From Squalus acanthias (Eukaryota): a DNA stretch of 64,000 nucleotides. The position numbers were made by a program, and so were the translations under genes. Below the pieces are notes generated by a model. That model had not been told where the DNA came from. It made no database searches and saw only the letters and a program-made list of their open reading frames with translations. The DNA lies in assembly GCA_030390025.1 (NCBI GenBank), contig CM059432.1:53508001-53572000 (forward strand), given 5' to 3'. Of this stretch, positions 62,210-64,000 are shown piece after piece (the stretch's first letter is position 1; the number at the start of each line of letters is the position of its first letter).

Positions 62210-62410
62210 AAATAAAAACAGAAAATGCTCAGCAGGTCAGGTAGCATCTGTAGAGAGAGGAAGGTAGGGTTAATGTTTCTGATGATAGGTCATTGGCCTG
62301 AACCGTTAACCCTACCTTTCTCTCTCCACAGATGCTATGTAACTTGCTGAGTGTTTCCAGCTTTTACTGTTTTTATTTCAGATTTCCAGCATCTGCAGTA
62401 TTTTGCTTTT
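62210..62410. repeat. Palindromic Penelope-derived repeat with central hammerhead-like motif
   Basis: Arms 62210-62279 and 62300-62378 are imperfect inverted repeats; the centre reads CTGATGA-T-AGGTC(ATT)GGCCT-GAAC. Confidence 0.7.
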
Positions 62411-62539
62411 TATGATGTTTTTATACATTTTTCTTTGCCTTGTGTATTACTTTTTAGTCTAGTGTCCCCCATACCTTATGGTGTACCAGGTGGAGGGAGT
62501 AATAACTAATTGTTGGCCGGCTGGTGACTTCTCCTCATA

Positions 62540-64000
62540 ATCGAATGGCTGGGTCCAGTGTCCTGGCGAATGAAACTAGGGCTGTAGCTAGAGCTTTAAA
62601 CTAATGAAGGGGAGGAGGGGACAGGTGAGGGGAAATTTAGAAATCCTATGAGCAAAGTAAAGGCAATGGAGCAGTGTAGTGATTTGGGTAAAGATAAGCA
62701 GTGTGTGACAGGAATAGTCAGAGAGTTTAACGGTAATACTGCATCAGTAAATAATGTGAAAGCAGGGCATAGTGGTAAATAGTTAAAATTATAGGCTCTT
62801 TGTCTGAATGCATGAAGCATTCATAACAAGATAGATGAATTAGTGGCATAAATAGAGCGAAATGAGTTTGGTCTAATAGCCATTACAGTGACGTGGTTGC
62901 AGGGTGACCAAGGTTGGGAATTAAATATTCCAGGGTTCTTGATGTTTCAAAAAGACAGGCAGAATGGAAAAGGAGTGGGGGCTAGCCCTGATAATAAAGG
63001 ATGATGGAAGGACAGTAGTGAGAAAGGATCTTGGCTTGGAAGATCAGGAAGTCGAATCAGTATGGGCAGAAAACACTGGTGGGAGTAGTTTATAAGCCCC
63101 CTAAAACTAGGTATAATTCTGGACAGAGCATTAATCAACAAATAATAGGAGTTTGTAACAAAGATAATAAAATAATCATAGGGGACTTTAATCTTCATAT
63201 AGACTGGGCAAATCAAATTGGCAAAGGTAGTCTGGAGGATGAGTTCATGGAATGTATTTGAAACAGTTTCCTGAAACAATACATCATGGAACCAACCAGG
63301 GAACAGGCTATTTTAGATCTTGTGTTGTGTAATGAGACAGGGTAAATCAGTAATCTCATAGTAAAGGATCCTCTGGGGAAGAGTGATCATAATACAATAG
63401 AATTTCACATTGGGTTGAGAGTGAAATAATTAAGGCTGAAACTAGAGTCTTACACTTAAATGAAGCCAATTACATAGGTATGAGGGGTGAATTGGCTAAG
63501 GTAGATTAGGAAATTAGATTAAAAGGTATGACAGTAGATAAACAGTGGCATACATTTAAAGAAATATTCCAAAATTCTCAACAATATACATTCCATTGGG
63601 AAATAAAATCTCCATGGGAAAAGTGATCCATCTGTGGCTAACTAAAGAAGTTAAGGATAGTATTAGATTAAAAGAAGAGGCTTATAATGTTGCAAAGAAA
63701 AGTAGTAAGCCTGAGGACTGGGAGAGCTTTAGAAACTAGCAAAGGATGACCAAAAAATTGATAAAAAGGGAGAAAATAGAATATAAGTGTAAACTAGTAA
63801 GAAATATAAAAACAGATTGTGAGAGCTTGTACAAGTCTATGAAAAGGAAGAGAGTAGCAAAAGTAAGCATTGCTCCCTTAGAGGCTAGGACAAGAGAAAT
63901 TATAATGGGGAATAAGGAAATTCCAGAGACTTTAAACAAATATTTTGTACCTGTCTTCACAGTAGATGACACAACAAGTATACCAACGATAATGAAGAAC
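62540..64000 (+). mobile_element. Degenerate CR1 LINE (APE region onward), running off the window
   Basis: LVGVVYKPP and IIIGDFNLHIDW; 63350-64000 is similar to 32975-33610. Confidence 0.9.

Overview
This is eukaryotic, almost entirely transposon-derived DNA. The repeat repertoire (DeuSINE/SacSINE1-like SINEs, abundant CR1 LINEs, Penelope-like and Harbinger elements) suggests a cartilaginous fish (inference). I could not establish a host gene. The most notable feature is a 6.4-kb endogenous retrovirus at 43751-50139. It has ~1-kb LTRs (about 18 substitutions by manual count), a 4-bp TSD, an 18-nt tRNA-Leu PBS, a gag-TAG-protease junction suggesting readthrough, and large deletions of gag and pol. 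Its env is nearly full length, and its architecture resembles a Mononegavirales/baculovirus F-type fusion protein (lokiretrovirus-like) rather than a gamma-type SU/TM. Its U5 also carries an internal PBS copy, which is duplicated in the 3' LTR. The window further holds a full-length CsRn1-like Gypsy element (22148-26488), a Harbinger with an intact transposase ORF (34330-38609) and many nested Harbinger relics and MITEs. It also holds Penelope-like elements with hammerhead ribozyme motifs, a tRNA-headed LINE, CR1 and RTE LINE fragments and a solo LTR. All calls come from manual motif reading; no searches were run.
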